A DNA stretch of 64,000 nucleotides from a virus. The stretch lies in the IMG/VR virus record IMGVR_UViG_3300045988_129927. One strand, given 5' to 3'. Within the stretch, counting starts at the first letter, position 1, and each line of letters begins with the position of its first letter. A program made the position numbers and the translations under genes. Below are positions 1 to 8,612 of this stretch, piece by piece. The notes beneath the pieces are model-generated. The model was not told the origin of the DNA. It saw only the letters and a list, made by a program, of their open reading frames with translations, and searched no databases.

Positions 1-532
1 GAAGAGCTGGAGATTGTACTCGACCTGCCGATAAACCAGGAGTTAATACTTTCCACAAAAGAGGAGAAACATAAAAACCATATAGGTAATCAGACACAGA
101 ACGACCAAAGTGAGAATCTACTTTATTTTGGTCGATAGTACGTGGATTCTTAATGGATTCCAGTACGTGTTTTTCTGTAATCTCGTTAAAAGTTACGCGT
201 TTAAATTCACAATTCTTATTCACACCTCGAATTAATTCTTTTAAATGCCAACTAATACCTTCACCTTCTGTATCAGGGTCAGTTGCTAAATAAACAACAT
301 CTGCGCTTTTACATTTGTTTAATAACTCTTTGGTATTTTTAGCATTGTTTTTGTTTAAACAAAAGTGTTGTTTAAAACCATTGTTAACTTCAATAGCACC
401 TTTATTTTTAAGGGAAATATCTAAACCACGTACATGACCAATAGAAGCCATTACTTGAATATTGAGTGGACGTACAAATTTACCAATTAGTTTTACCTTA
501 TTGGGAGACTCCACAATCATGATACTTTTCAT
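1..532 (-). CDS. topA: type IA DNA topoisomerase, N-terminal (Toprim) part; gene continues beyond the left edge
   Basis: Not in the ORF track because it runs off the window. Own translation from ATG at 532: MKSIMIVESPNKVKLIGKF..SIGHVRGL..VVYLATDPDTEGEGISWHLKE..FKRVTFNEITEKHV..LSAGRVQSPAL. ESPxK, DPDxEGE and GRVQS are Toprim/domain-1 signatures of bacterial topoisomerase I. Confidence 0.8.
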   Translation of the reverse strand, partial: MKSIMIVESPNKVKLIGKFVRPLNIQVMASIGHVRGLDISLKNKGAIEVNNGFKQHFCLNKNNAKNTKELLNKCKSADVVYLATDPDTEGEGISWHLKELIRGVNKNCEFKRVTFNEITEKHVLESIKNPRTIDQNKVDSHFGRSVSDYLYGFYVSPLLWKVLTPGLSAGRVQSPAL

Positions 533-622
533 GTTGTTGTTCCTTGTATAAAAAGTTATTTTCATATAGATAAAATAACAATGTTAAATATTCTTCAACA
601 AAGGTTTCACCTTTCATCATTT

Positions 623-641
623 TAATAATATAGGTTCTAAA
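623..641 (-). promoter_or_regulatory. promoter-like motif instance (upstream of topA-like gene)
   Basis: Plus strand reads TAATAATATAGGTTCTAAA. It lies between terminator 673..707 and the ATG at 532. Confidence 0.45.
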
Positions 642-672
642 TTAAATAAAAAATAAATAACACATAAAACTA

Positions 673-707
673 CTAGATACACTACCCATTATAGGTAGTG
701 TATCTAG
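673..707 (-). terminator. hairpin terminator after 726..1514
   Basis: 14-bp perfect stem CTAGATACACTACC/GGTAGTGTATCTAG, 7-nt loop. Confidence 0.7.
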
Positions 708-725
708 ATAGCTTAATAAATATAA

Positions 726-1514
726 TTACTGTTCAGAGTCTTCTTTCTTAGTAGCCATGGTAAGAAGCTCATTTAACTTCTTATCCATTTCTTTACCTAT
801 CTTTTTAAGTTGTACAAATCTCTCATCCATGGCTTTACTGATTTCATCTAGAGAATTAGGTCTACCGAGACTATCTTCTTTATTGATAGAGAGTTCAGAT
901 AAACGTTGTCTGACTAATAATTTACCTTTCTCTTCAGTTTGCTCTAACAGTGGTGTATAAATAATCACCATAGCGCTAGAGAGCATGTTGAAATAGAAAA
1001 TCAGTACAGAATTAAGTCGATAAAAATAGTTTGCTTTTTTCACACCGTTGATGGTATTTTTATACTCAAACATGATGAAACTAAACAAACCAAATGTAAA
1101 AACAGAAATGATAAACAAAACAGTCAGTTTAATAGGTGCCCAGATATTAGCGTAGAATGATTGACGATAACCATTTAAACCATATATCTTTCTATATGCT
1201 TTAATACCGACAATAATACCCAGTACAGCTAATGCAAATAACTTCTCTAGGCCATTAGGTTGACTTTTCTCTGGCAATAGTTTAGCAGCCTCACTGTAAC
1301 AAAACCCCATTGCAAATAAGTAGGTATTGAATATAAACACTTTCCATGTTGGTTTGTCATCTTCTAACAAGCCAAAGTTAATATAAAATACCTTAGCTGC
1401 CGAAAAGATAAATAACAATCCACCAAATGTATACGATAGTTTAATCAAATCAAGATTTGCAAATAAGCCTGATAATACTTTGTCATTTGAGAATAGATTA
1501 GTAATAAATTCCAT
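726..1514 (-). CDS. polytopic membrane protein with helical C-terminal tail; paralog of 1532..2488
   Basis: ATG with GGAGG 8 nt upstream. About five hydrophobic helices (e.g. IWAPIKLTVLFIISVFTFGLFSFIMF). Tail motif SLGRPNSLDE matches TIGKPKSLKE of the neighbour. Confidence 0.6.
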   Translation of the reverse strand: MEFITNLFSNDKVLSGLFANLDLIKLSYTFGGLLFIFSAAKVFYINFGLLEDDKPTWKVFIFNTYLFAMGFCYSEAAKLLPEKSQPNGLEKLFALAVLGIIVGIKAYRKIYGLNGYRQSFYANIWAPIKLTVLFIISVFTFGLFSFIMFEYKNTINGVKKANYFYRLNSVLIFYFNMLSSAMVIIYTPLLEQTEEKGKLLVRQRLSELSINKEDSLGRPNSLDEISKAMDERFVQLKKIGKEMDKKLNELLTMATKKEDSEQ

Positions 1515-1531
1515 ATTGAGAACCTCCGTGG

Positions 1532-2488
1532 TTAGTTAAATTTGTTTTGATACGCTTCCATTAAAGAACCATGTTCTTTTAAACTCTTAGGTTTACCGAT
1601 TGTATTTTCAGGTAAAGTCTTAACTTCGTTATATAAAGACAATATCTCGTCTCTTTGACCAATAATCACTGAAGTGCTATTAGCCAATGGTAACATGATA
1701 TAGGTAAACCCATTACATAACTCAATTAAGAAATTACTAACAGAATTATTCAAATGAGTATAAGTTACCCAGTTAGTAATAATCTCACATTCGCATTTAA
1801 CAGCATTAGACATACCGAAAGTACAAATATTAAGAATAGCAATAACCATAATCTTAATCGGTAAGAGTGCATAAAGGTATAATACACCTGGATAAAACAT
1901 TAATGCACCAAATGGGTCTTCCTTAAACTTAGGGTCAATGATACGAATTAAACAAAACGTATACATGACATCACCAATAGTATTTAAACATTCGTTATAA
2001 ATCTTATTGATAGGACTACCATCTTTCAGTCTAATTTCACCAATATAATCATGTGTAACCTTATACTCTACCATAGTCGCTCTAAATAAGCCTAAAGTGA
2101 GAAAATGAATAATAGCAATCACTAATAACTTTATTGGTACGAAGAAGTAAACATAAAGATTATCGTGATAAGACTCTTCTCTATTGTCATCGTTAATTCC
2201 TGTCATTTTACGTAAGGCAAGAAATGTTACAGCAATAACAATTAACTGATCTTTAGTTATACTATACCCTAAATAGAAAAACCCTATAACAAATAGAGTA
2301 ATGATTAAACCTACAACAATGAGTACAGATAACGATGGAATCAGATTAATGTTCACTTGTCTATTAACAACTGTAAATCCATTAGATACCATTAAGAGTA
2401 TCTTAAACATGGATAATGTAACCATAATTGCCAATAGACAATAAGATATAACTGCTAGACTACTGGGACTAAATAAATTTTCAAACAT
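1532..2488 (-). CDS. polytopic membrane protein; paralog of 726..1514
   Basis: The ORF track starts at a GTG (2515). ATG at 2488 (MFENLF..) is preceded by TTTATAAAGGAAACTTT, the window-wide RBS context, so 2488 is preferred. Two copies of the helix motif PIK(L/I)xVIAI..TxG(L/M). Confidence 0.6.
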   Translation of the reverse strand: MFENLFSPSSLAVISYCLLAIMVTLSMFKILLMVSNGFTVVNRQVNINLIPSLSVLIVVGLIITLFVIGFFYLGYSITKDQLIVIAVTFLALRKMTGINDDNREESYHDNLYVYFFVPIKLLVIAIIHFLTLGLFRATMVEYKVTHDYIGEIRLKDGSPINKIYNECLNTIGDVMYTFCLIRIIDPKFKEDPFGALMFYPGVLYLYALLPIKIMVIAILNICTFGMSNAVKCECEIITNWVTYTHLNNSVSNFLIELCNGFTYIMLPLANSTSVIIGQRDEILSLYNEVKTLPENTIGKPKSLKEHGSLMEAYQNKFN

Positions 2489-2540
2489 AAAGTTTCCTTT
2501 ATAAAGATATATCACATTAATAATATATAGATAAAAAATA

Positions 2541-2579
2541 CTATACTACGTAGGAGGAAATACCTCCTACGCAGTGTAG
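2541..2579 (-). terminator. hairpin terminator after 2589..3848
   Basis: 9-bp GC-rich core CGTAGGAGG/CCTCCTACG, extendable to 2541/2579 with one mismatch and one wobble. Confidence 0.65.
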
Positions 2580-2588
2580 CTACTTAAT

Positions 2589-3848
2589 TTACTTTCTCAT
2601 TTCTTGAGAAATTTCACTGGTAATGAAATTAAATGTTTCATCTTGAATGCCTGTCGGCGTCTCTTCAGTGGAAACTTCTACAATACCATTAATGTCTACC
2701 TGACCATTGGTTTCGTAGTTTTTACCATAGTTATCGAACGATTCTTTAGAGACTTCTTTATCGTCTTTAGCAGGCTCGTCCCAACCAGGTTCTTCACCAC
2801 CTTCTTTATCACCTTTATCTTCTTCACCAGAGTCTTCATCTTTATTAGATTCTTCATCACCTTCAGACTCACCTTTACTACCATCCTCTTCACCAGAATC
2901 AGTTTCTTCAGTATCAGTAGTAGCTTCTTCATCGTCACCTGAGTCTTCATCAGTACCTTCGACTTCTTCACGGGCTTCTTTAATTTGTTCACCACGTGTT
3001 TCTACTTTCTCGGCTTTGTCTTTATCATCAGTGATGTTATCTACAGACAAAGATGCCTTAGCGTCTTTCTCTTTATCTGCTTCTTCTGCATCTGGTGTAT
3101 CTTCTGTATCAGATTCAGGTTTAGTTTCTACTACTTTATCTGCATCACCTTTTAACTCAGTTTGGTTTTGAGTATTATTGTCATCCAGGTAAACATTACC
3201 TTTAACAAAGAAACGACTATTTAATTTATCAGTTTTTTCTTCGTATTCTTCTTCAGAAGTTTCAGATAGTTCAGGAGGATAAATGACTTCTTCAGTCTTA
3301 ATAGGGAATTCAGGTACTTTATCATTCAAGTCTTTCACTTCAATTTCAGCACGAACCCATGGGTAGTAACCACCATTGCCATCAGGAACAGCGTCTACTT
3401 CCCATTTTAAACCACTATCTTCATCTGTAAAGGTATAGCGGTGTTTGAACATAGAGACAGAAGCCATGACTTTAAATTGAATAAAGTTTTCTTCAGTAGT
3501 AGGAACAGTAACTTCAATCTTACCTTCTTTAACATCAGATTTAGTAGTCAGTTCGTAACGTACATCACCACTACGTGAAGTTACTTTACGAATACGGATT
3601 TTACCACTGCCTCTATTCTTATCAGTACGTTCAACAGGAATGATGTGTTGTTCTTGGATTTCTGCTTTATCCGCTTTCTTAAGTTGAGAGAAATCTAGAA
3701 TACGTGCGTATACAGTATGTTCTTTTTCACGTACTGCTTTACCGACATTCTCAATCTCTTCATTTAGTTTTTGCTCAGTCTCTTGATCAGCTATCTGTTC
3801 AGCAGCTTCTCGAGAAATACTAGCGAAATTTAAATCAAATAAACTCAT
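2589..3848 (-). CDS. hypothetical protein: CYTH-like (triphosphate-tunnel) beta-barrel signature plus long acidic low-complexity tail
   Basis: Residues about 45-172 read GKIRIRKV..RYELTTKSDVKEGKIEVTVP..FKHRYTF..LKWEVDAVP..WVRAEIEV, the strand pattern of CYTH domains. The N-terminal ExExK is not intact. Residues about 234-368 are D/E/K/G/S-rich. Confidence 0.35.
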   Translation of the reverse strand: MSLFDLNFASISREAAEQIADQETEQKLNEEIENVGKAVREKEHTVYARILDFSQLKKADKAEIQEQHIIPVERTDKNRGSGKIRIRKVTSRSGDVRYELTTKSDVKEGKIEVTVPTTEENFIQFKVMASVSMFKHRYTFTDEDSGLKWEVDAVPDGNGGYYPWVRAEIEVKDLNDKVPEFPIKTEEVIYPPELSETSEEEYEEKTDKLNSRFFVKGNVYLDDNNTQNQTELKGDADKVVETKPESDTEDTPDAEEADKEKDAKASLSVDNITDDKDKAEKVETRGEQIKEAREEVEGTDEDSGDDEEATTDTEETDSGEEDGSKGESEGDEESNKDEDSGEEDKGDKEGGEEPGWDEPAKDDKEVSKESFDNYGKNYETNGQVDINGIVEVSTEETPTGIQDETFNFITSEISQEMRK

Positions 3849-3862
3849 GAGTTTAATCCTTT

Positions 3863-4348
3863 TTATTCAATGACTGGTTTACCTGCAAACCAGATATCTG
3901 TAATTTTGTTTACTAAAGACATAAAGATTCTGAGTAATTCATTTGTATTAATATCGTTTCTAATAATACCAGCAGTAATTACACCACCAATGACAGCAAT
4001 AAACAAGAAAAGAAAAGCATAACCTGCCCACCACAGAAAGTTAATTCTAAACTTCTTGACCTCTTGGTCGTAGTCAAGTATTTCATTGACTTTACCAGAA
4101 CCACAAAGATAACCATAAATCACAATCATTTGTTCTTCAAATGTCAATTTATTAATGGCTTCTTTAATTTCCTTACCAGTCATTTCACCAGTAATATCAG
4201 AATAATTTGAGTTCTTTTTAGCAATATTGTTATACTCGTCAATCAGACGAGTTAAACCTGCATCATCTTCTTTTCTGTTATTTAATACAAAATCATTACG
4301 GATGTTCTTTAGACCCTTAGTAATCATTTCTGAATTTCTAACGGCCAT
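3863..4348 (-). CDS. membrane-anchored protein (single C-terminal TM helix)
   Basis: TM segment FLWWAGYAFLFLFIAVIGGVITAGII. The start overlaps the stop of 4338..4622 by 11 nt. Confidence 0.6.
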   Translation of the reverse strand: MAVRNSEMITKGLKNIRNDFVLNNRKEDDAGLTRLIDEYNNIAKKNSNYSDITGEMTGKEIKEAINKLTFEEQMIVIYGYLCGSGKVNEILDYDQEVKKFRINFLWWAGYAFLFLFIAVIGGVITAGIIRNDINTNELLRIFMSLVNKITDIWFAGKPVIE

Positions 4349-4622
4349 TATCTTCTCCCGTATAATCGTCTAAATAACTCGGCATTTTGCCTGAGTTAAT
4401 AATTTCATATAATTTCATTCTCGATTCGTTACTTACTTCACTTTCATTTTTATATCTTTCAATTTGATTACTATAGCGAGCAATCTTTAAAGTCTTTCCT
4501 GCGACCATTGCACAAAGTAAAAAGATAATAAGTAAAGTAAAGAAATAAATCAAGTTATCTTTGTTTCTTTTATATCCTACACGAATATATCTTAGGATAT
4601 CTAGATATAATTTATTTCCCAT
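4338..4622 (-). CDS. small membrane protein (one TM helix)
   Basis: 94 aa, TM LIYFFTLLIIFLLCAMVAG. The start overlaps the RuvC-like gene end by 11 nt. Confidence 0.55.
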   Translation of the reverse strand: MGNKLYLDILRYIRVGYKRNKDNLIYFFTLLIIFLLCAMVAGKTLKIARYSNQIERYKNESEVSNESRMKLYEIINSGKMPSYLDDYTGEDNGR

Positions 4623-5196
4623 TTAATCCACCATCTAAGACATATTTCTTATAACCGTGATAACCAATCGCACAAGCGTCAATAGCATGTTCGTCTAACT
4701 CGGTGACAGGATTCACCAATTTCAACTTATTAGCTACTTTTTCTAAAGCAATAGTCATATCGTCTTTTTTAGCATTACCTTTAGCACCTATGGCTTTTTT
4801 AGCAGTCGGTGGGTCTACTTTAAAGAATGGTATTTGATTATTAAAATCAAACAATGTCTTCTGAATAATGGAAACCAGCTCTGTTAATACAGAGAATGCA
4901 GAAGGTGTGAATCTACTGAAGAATGGAGATTCGCAAATAACAATAGATGGACGAATGGATTCAAATAATTCCATTAACTCATTTTCCATTGCGGCAAAAC
5001 GAGCGAGTCTATCACCATATTGATTACTTGCGTGTTTTGAATACTGGGACAATTCAGTAGCGTGTACAGTAAATGCAGTTGTCTGAATAATATCGTAAGT
5101 TTTCAAATTCAATTCGTAGATAGCTACACCCAGACTACTGGAGCCTGGGTCAATAGCCATTAGATTACACACCCAGTCAGAGGTGTCAAAAGTCAT
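4612..5196 (-). CDS. ruvC: RuvC-like Holliday junction resolvase
   Basis: AIDPGSSSLGVAIY (first catalytic Asp), IVICESPF (Glu), and DEHAIDACAIGYH (C-terminal acidic pair) are colinear with E. coli RuvC. Confidence 0.85.
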   Translation of the reverse strand: MTFDTSDWVCNLMAIDPGSSSLGVAIYELNLKTYDIIQTTAFTVHATELSQYSKHASNQYGDRLARFAAMENELMELFESIRPSIVICESPFFSRFTPSAFSVLTELVSIIQKTLFDFNNQIPFFKVDPPTAKKAIGAKGNAKKDDMTIALEKVANKLKLVNPVTELDEHAIDACAIGYHGYKKYVLDGGLNGK

Positions 5197-5214
5197 GATA
5201 AAACCTTAAATGAT

Positions 5215-6111
5215 TTATTGGTTTTGAGAGATATTCCAAATAGGCTCGTTAATACCTAAGTTGAAGATAGATTCAAAACCACCAGTGTTTGCACCAAGAT
5301 ATTGAATGGTACGGTTAATGTGGGCGATTTGTGCAGCGATTACTTCTGTAAATTGAGAACGACCAGATGAGGTTACAACCTCTACAGTCTTATCCACACC
5401 AGAGACCAAACCAATTTCAGAAATCACAGCAGTCATTGGGTCACCATGTAGAATATTAAATACATTGTATATTTCTTCTACGTCTTGTTTACCAAAGTTA
5501 ACAGGTACTTGAGCAACTGAACGCGCATAAGTCGCTTTCAATACGTTTTCTTCACCTACAGTCAGTTCTTGTGGTTGTGGTTTCAAATTACTGTCACGTG
5601 GCGTGAATTCAGTATTGGTAAATGAACCATCTGCTTGTTTGGTAATAATTTGCGTAGAAATTTGAGTACGAGACAAATCTAGGCGTTTTAAATAATAAGC
5701 ATAGTATTTTACACCTTTGAAGTTTTCTTCACGACGTAGTGCGTACTTAGCACGTTCTTGAGGAGTCAAGTCGTTATTAATTTCACGCATGACAAATGGA
5801 ACCATTTTAAATAGACCAGTATCATCTGCACGATGTTGGAATACTTTAGGGAAGGGCAATACATCTTGGTTATTGGTACAGTTTTGCATACTGATACCAC
5901 CGTAACCAATACAATAATAACCAATGGTAGGAATAGTAGTAGAAGGAGGACTTACATTTTGGTTAATTTTAAGATATTCATTCAATGTAGAATTAGGAGT
6001 AATGCTATAAGGTAAACCTAACTCACGACGAATTTGGTTTTCATTACCAATAATGGTACGAACCGATTCAAACACTGTACGCTTATTAGGTACAATAGTA
6101 GTTGTTGCCAT
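5215..6111 (-). CDS. hypothetical protein (possible virion protein)
   Basis: 298 aa; ATG preceded by TATAAAAGGATAAAAT. No motif recognised. Unusual upstream region with 3 x 16-bp repeats. Confidence 0.6.
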   Translation of the reverse strand: MATTTIVPNKRTVFESVRTIIGNENQIRRELGLPYSITPNSTLNEYLKINQNVSPPSTTIPTIGYYCIGYGGISMQNCTNNQDVLPFPKVFQHRADDTGLFKMVPFVMREINNDLTPQERAKYALRREENFKGVKYYAYYLKRLDLSRTQISTQIITKQADGSFTNTEFTPRDSNLKPQPQELTVGEENVLKATYARSVAQVPVNFGKQDVEEIYNVFNILHGDPMTAVISEIGLVSGVDKTVEVVTSSGRSQFTEVIAAQIAHINRTIQYLGANTGGFESIFNLGINEPIWNISQNQ

Positions 6112-6144
6112 ATTTTATCCTTTTATATTTTAATTGCAAAATTT

Positions 6145-6192
6145 GTAGGAACATTTTTCTGTAGGAATATCATTCCGTAAGAACATCATAAC
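6145..6192 (-). repeat. three tandem 16-bp repeats upstream of 5215..6111
   Basis: GTAGGAACATTTTTCT / GTAGGAATATCATTCC / GTAAGAACATCATAAC. The conserved 10-mer GTArGAAyAT occurs at 6145, 6161 and 6177. Confidence 0.6.
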
Positions 6193-6232
6193 TGAGACGA
6201 CTACATTTCAGTAATCGTCCCAGTCAGATGTT

Positions 6233-8575
6233 TTATTTGTTATAATCCAAACCACGTAAATCTTTATTACGAATATTCCAATCCAGCGCTTCTTTGGCTT
6301 TCTTAGTATCTTTATCGTATTCAGACCAATCCAAATTACCACCAAACTGGTCAATGATTTTTCTTTTCATTTCATTTGGCATATTAATCCAAGATTGCAT
6401 ACCAGGTAGAGCAGGTAAAGACAATGGGTTTTCTAAACCTTCAATAGCATCACCTACAGCCCAGTTATACAAACCCACACGAACAAGGCTATCTGTATTA
6501 ATACGATTAGCACGAGTTAGGTGGTCGTCTAATGTCTTAACAGATGGGTCAATATTAAATTCTACAAAGATACGGATACCGCCATCATCAGAATGAATAC
6601 CATTGTCATCACTGATTTCGTAGATATCTTGTTTACCTACAGTATCATCATCAATAATTTCAGTAGCATAATTACTGAAGGCTGAATCAGTCACATGTTT
6701 GGTTTTCTTGTTATTACCACCATCAATTCTAACACTTCTAAAATTAGTAGCAATCAATGGCGTTTCGTTAATCTCACGAATATAATGTACAGAATAACTA
6801 GATAACTTAGTCATCAAACCAACCATAGCGCGATGAGTATTATTTAACGATTTAATATTGACATTATCTAAACCAGTAATCTTCTTCCAAATATCTGTAG
6901 CAATTTTTAACCAGTCTTGTTTTAACATTCCTTTTTCATCAAAAGACAATTGTGAAATAAACTGTGGGAATGTTTTTAAATCATTGGTTCTAAATGACAC
7001 ATTCTCAGTATGGTACATTTGATACACTGTCGCAATCTTATAAGTCGTTGCATCCAAGTGTTCATCTGTCTTGGCTTTATCTAACAAATAATTAAGTTGA
7101 GTAAATTGTTCGTAGACTTGCTCGTAGAAATCAATCGTATTAATAATAGGATGAATAGGAGAGAAAGTCTCAATTAATTCATTTAACCATTTATTAGATA
7201 CTAAAGTCGTATCTGGAATAACAGATTTTAACTGTTTTAATGTAGGTCGTTTTTTATTAGGTACTAAACCAATAGTATAATCAGGAATACATGGGTCGGT
7301 AATACCATTTAACTTATAAACAGCGTAAGTATAAAGCAATAAAGCATTCTTACTATTTAATGGAATCGTCTCACCATTTAAAGGATGAGTAATCGTAATA
7401 TAAGCTTTATAGGTTTTCTTGTGCGCCATTTCAATCCAGAAGTCTAATAACATATTAGGTAAAATATGGGTTTCTGAATCGGTAAAGTCAATGGCTTTAG
7501 ATTCTAGTATCTTAGTTTTTAGTTCAGAAGACAGAGAAGAACCTAAAAGATTCTTAGCATCTTTTTCTTCAAACTCACGTTCACGTAAGTTAAATGGAGC
7601 TAATGGATCTTCTTTATCCATCATTTGTTTTAATGATAATGTATCAGTAGTATTATCAATATTCTCTAAACCATTTAAAGATACTTTCTCAAACTTAGCA
7701 ATGGATTCAACATCCTTAACAATATCGTTATATACTTGGATAACATTATACTCTGCAATAGGTAAACTACGCAAGGTCATGATGTGTTTAATCAACCAAC
7801 GCTGAGTATGTCTTTGTCCAATATAGCGTTCTACCCAACGGATATTCTTATAAAGGATAATAGCTTGTTTAATGGTTAAATGTTCAAGATAGAAATCTAG
7901 AAAACCATGTGAAGCTAAGAAACGACGATAGTGATAAGAATGTGCTTCATTGGTTAAGCAATTCTCCATTCGTATTTCCATAACAGCTTCTAATAGTTTT
8001 TGATAAAGAACACCCATGAAGGTAATATTGTAATAAGTATTATCAATATTATATTGTTTTTGATACCATCTTTCTATCATTCCGTATATTCTGTCTTGTA
8101 GTCTTTCAATCAACGTATATTCGTTAATTTCTACAAAACGTTTATCGTAAGAAAGAATAGTACCATCTTCAGCATTAATGGCTGTTTCGATATCTACAGG
8201 ATTTAAGATACCTTTAATTAAGAGTTCTTTATTAGGATATCGAGCAACAAGCTCCTCGTACTTATGAGTTCCGTAAGAGTATTCTTTACGAGTATTTTTA
8301 TGTATTTTTAAATTTTCTTTATTGAAAATAATTCTTTCCGTAGTGTCTACAGAAATAACGTAAATAGGTTCGTCTGTTACGTGATATTCACCAGAGATAT
8401 GTTTATAGTATATCCAACTAGATGGGTCATTTTCATCGTATCGATGTAAGGTGCGGTAAAATAATTCATTACTCATGTCCCTAGCATCTTTTGTCGATTT
8501 AATAATCATGGTGGATACTAAGGCTAGACACTTATCGATATATACTTTATAGTGATAATCGTATTGATTAATCAT
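6233..8575 (-). CDS. hypothetical 780-aa protein
   Basis: The ORF track extends to 8698. ATG at 8575 (MINQYDYHYK..) is preceded by TATATAAGGAATTTCGAT, and the longer form would overlap the divergent gene at 8613. Tyr/His/Lys-rich; no catalytic motif recognised. Confidence 0.65.
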   Translation of the reverse strand: MINQYDYHYKVYIDKCLALVSTMIIKSTKDARDMSNELFYRTLHRYDENDPSSWIYYKHISGEYHVTDEPIYVISVDTTERIIFNKENLKIHKNTRKEYSYGTHKYEELVARYPNKELLIKGILNPVDIETAINAEDGTILSYDKRFVEINEYTLIERLQDRIYGMIERWYQKQYNIDNTYYNITFMGVLYQKLLEAVMEIRMENCLTNEAHSYHYRRFLASHGFLDFYLEHLTIKQAIILYKNIRWVERYIGQRHTQRWLIKHIMTLRSLPIAEYNVIQVYNDIVKDVESIAKFEKVSLNGLENIDNTTDTLSLKQMMDKEDPLAPFNLREREFEEKDAKNLLGSSLSSELKTKILESKAIDFTDSETHILPNMLLDFWIEMAHKKTYKAYITITHPLNGETIPLNSKNALLLYTYAVYKLNGITDPCIPDYTIGLVPNKKRPTLKQLKSVIPDTTLVSNKWLNELIETFSPIHPIINTIDFYEQVYEQFTQLNYLLDKAKTDEHLDATTYKIATVYQMYHTENVSFRTNDLKTFPQFISQLSFDEKGMLKQDWLKIATDIWKKITGLDNVNIKSLNNTHRAMVGLMTKLSSYSVHYIREINETPLIATNFRSVRIDGGNNKKTKHVTDSAFSNYATEIIDDDTVGKQDIYEISDDNGIHSDDGGIRIFVEFNIDPSVKTLDDHLTRANRINTDSLVRVGLYNWAVGDAIEGLENPLSLPALPGMQSWINMPNEMKRKIIDQFGGNLDWSEYDKDTKKAKEALDWNIRNKDLRGLDYNK

Positions 8576-8612
8576 ATCGAAATTCCTTATATACTTAAAG
8601 AGGTAATCAAAA

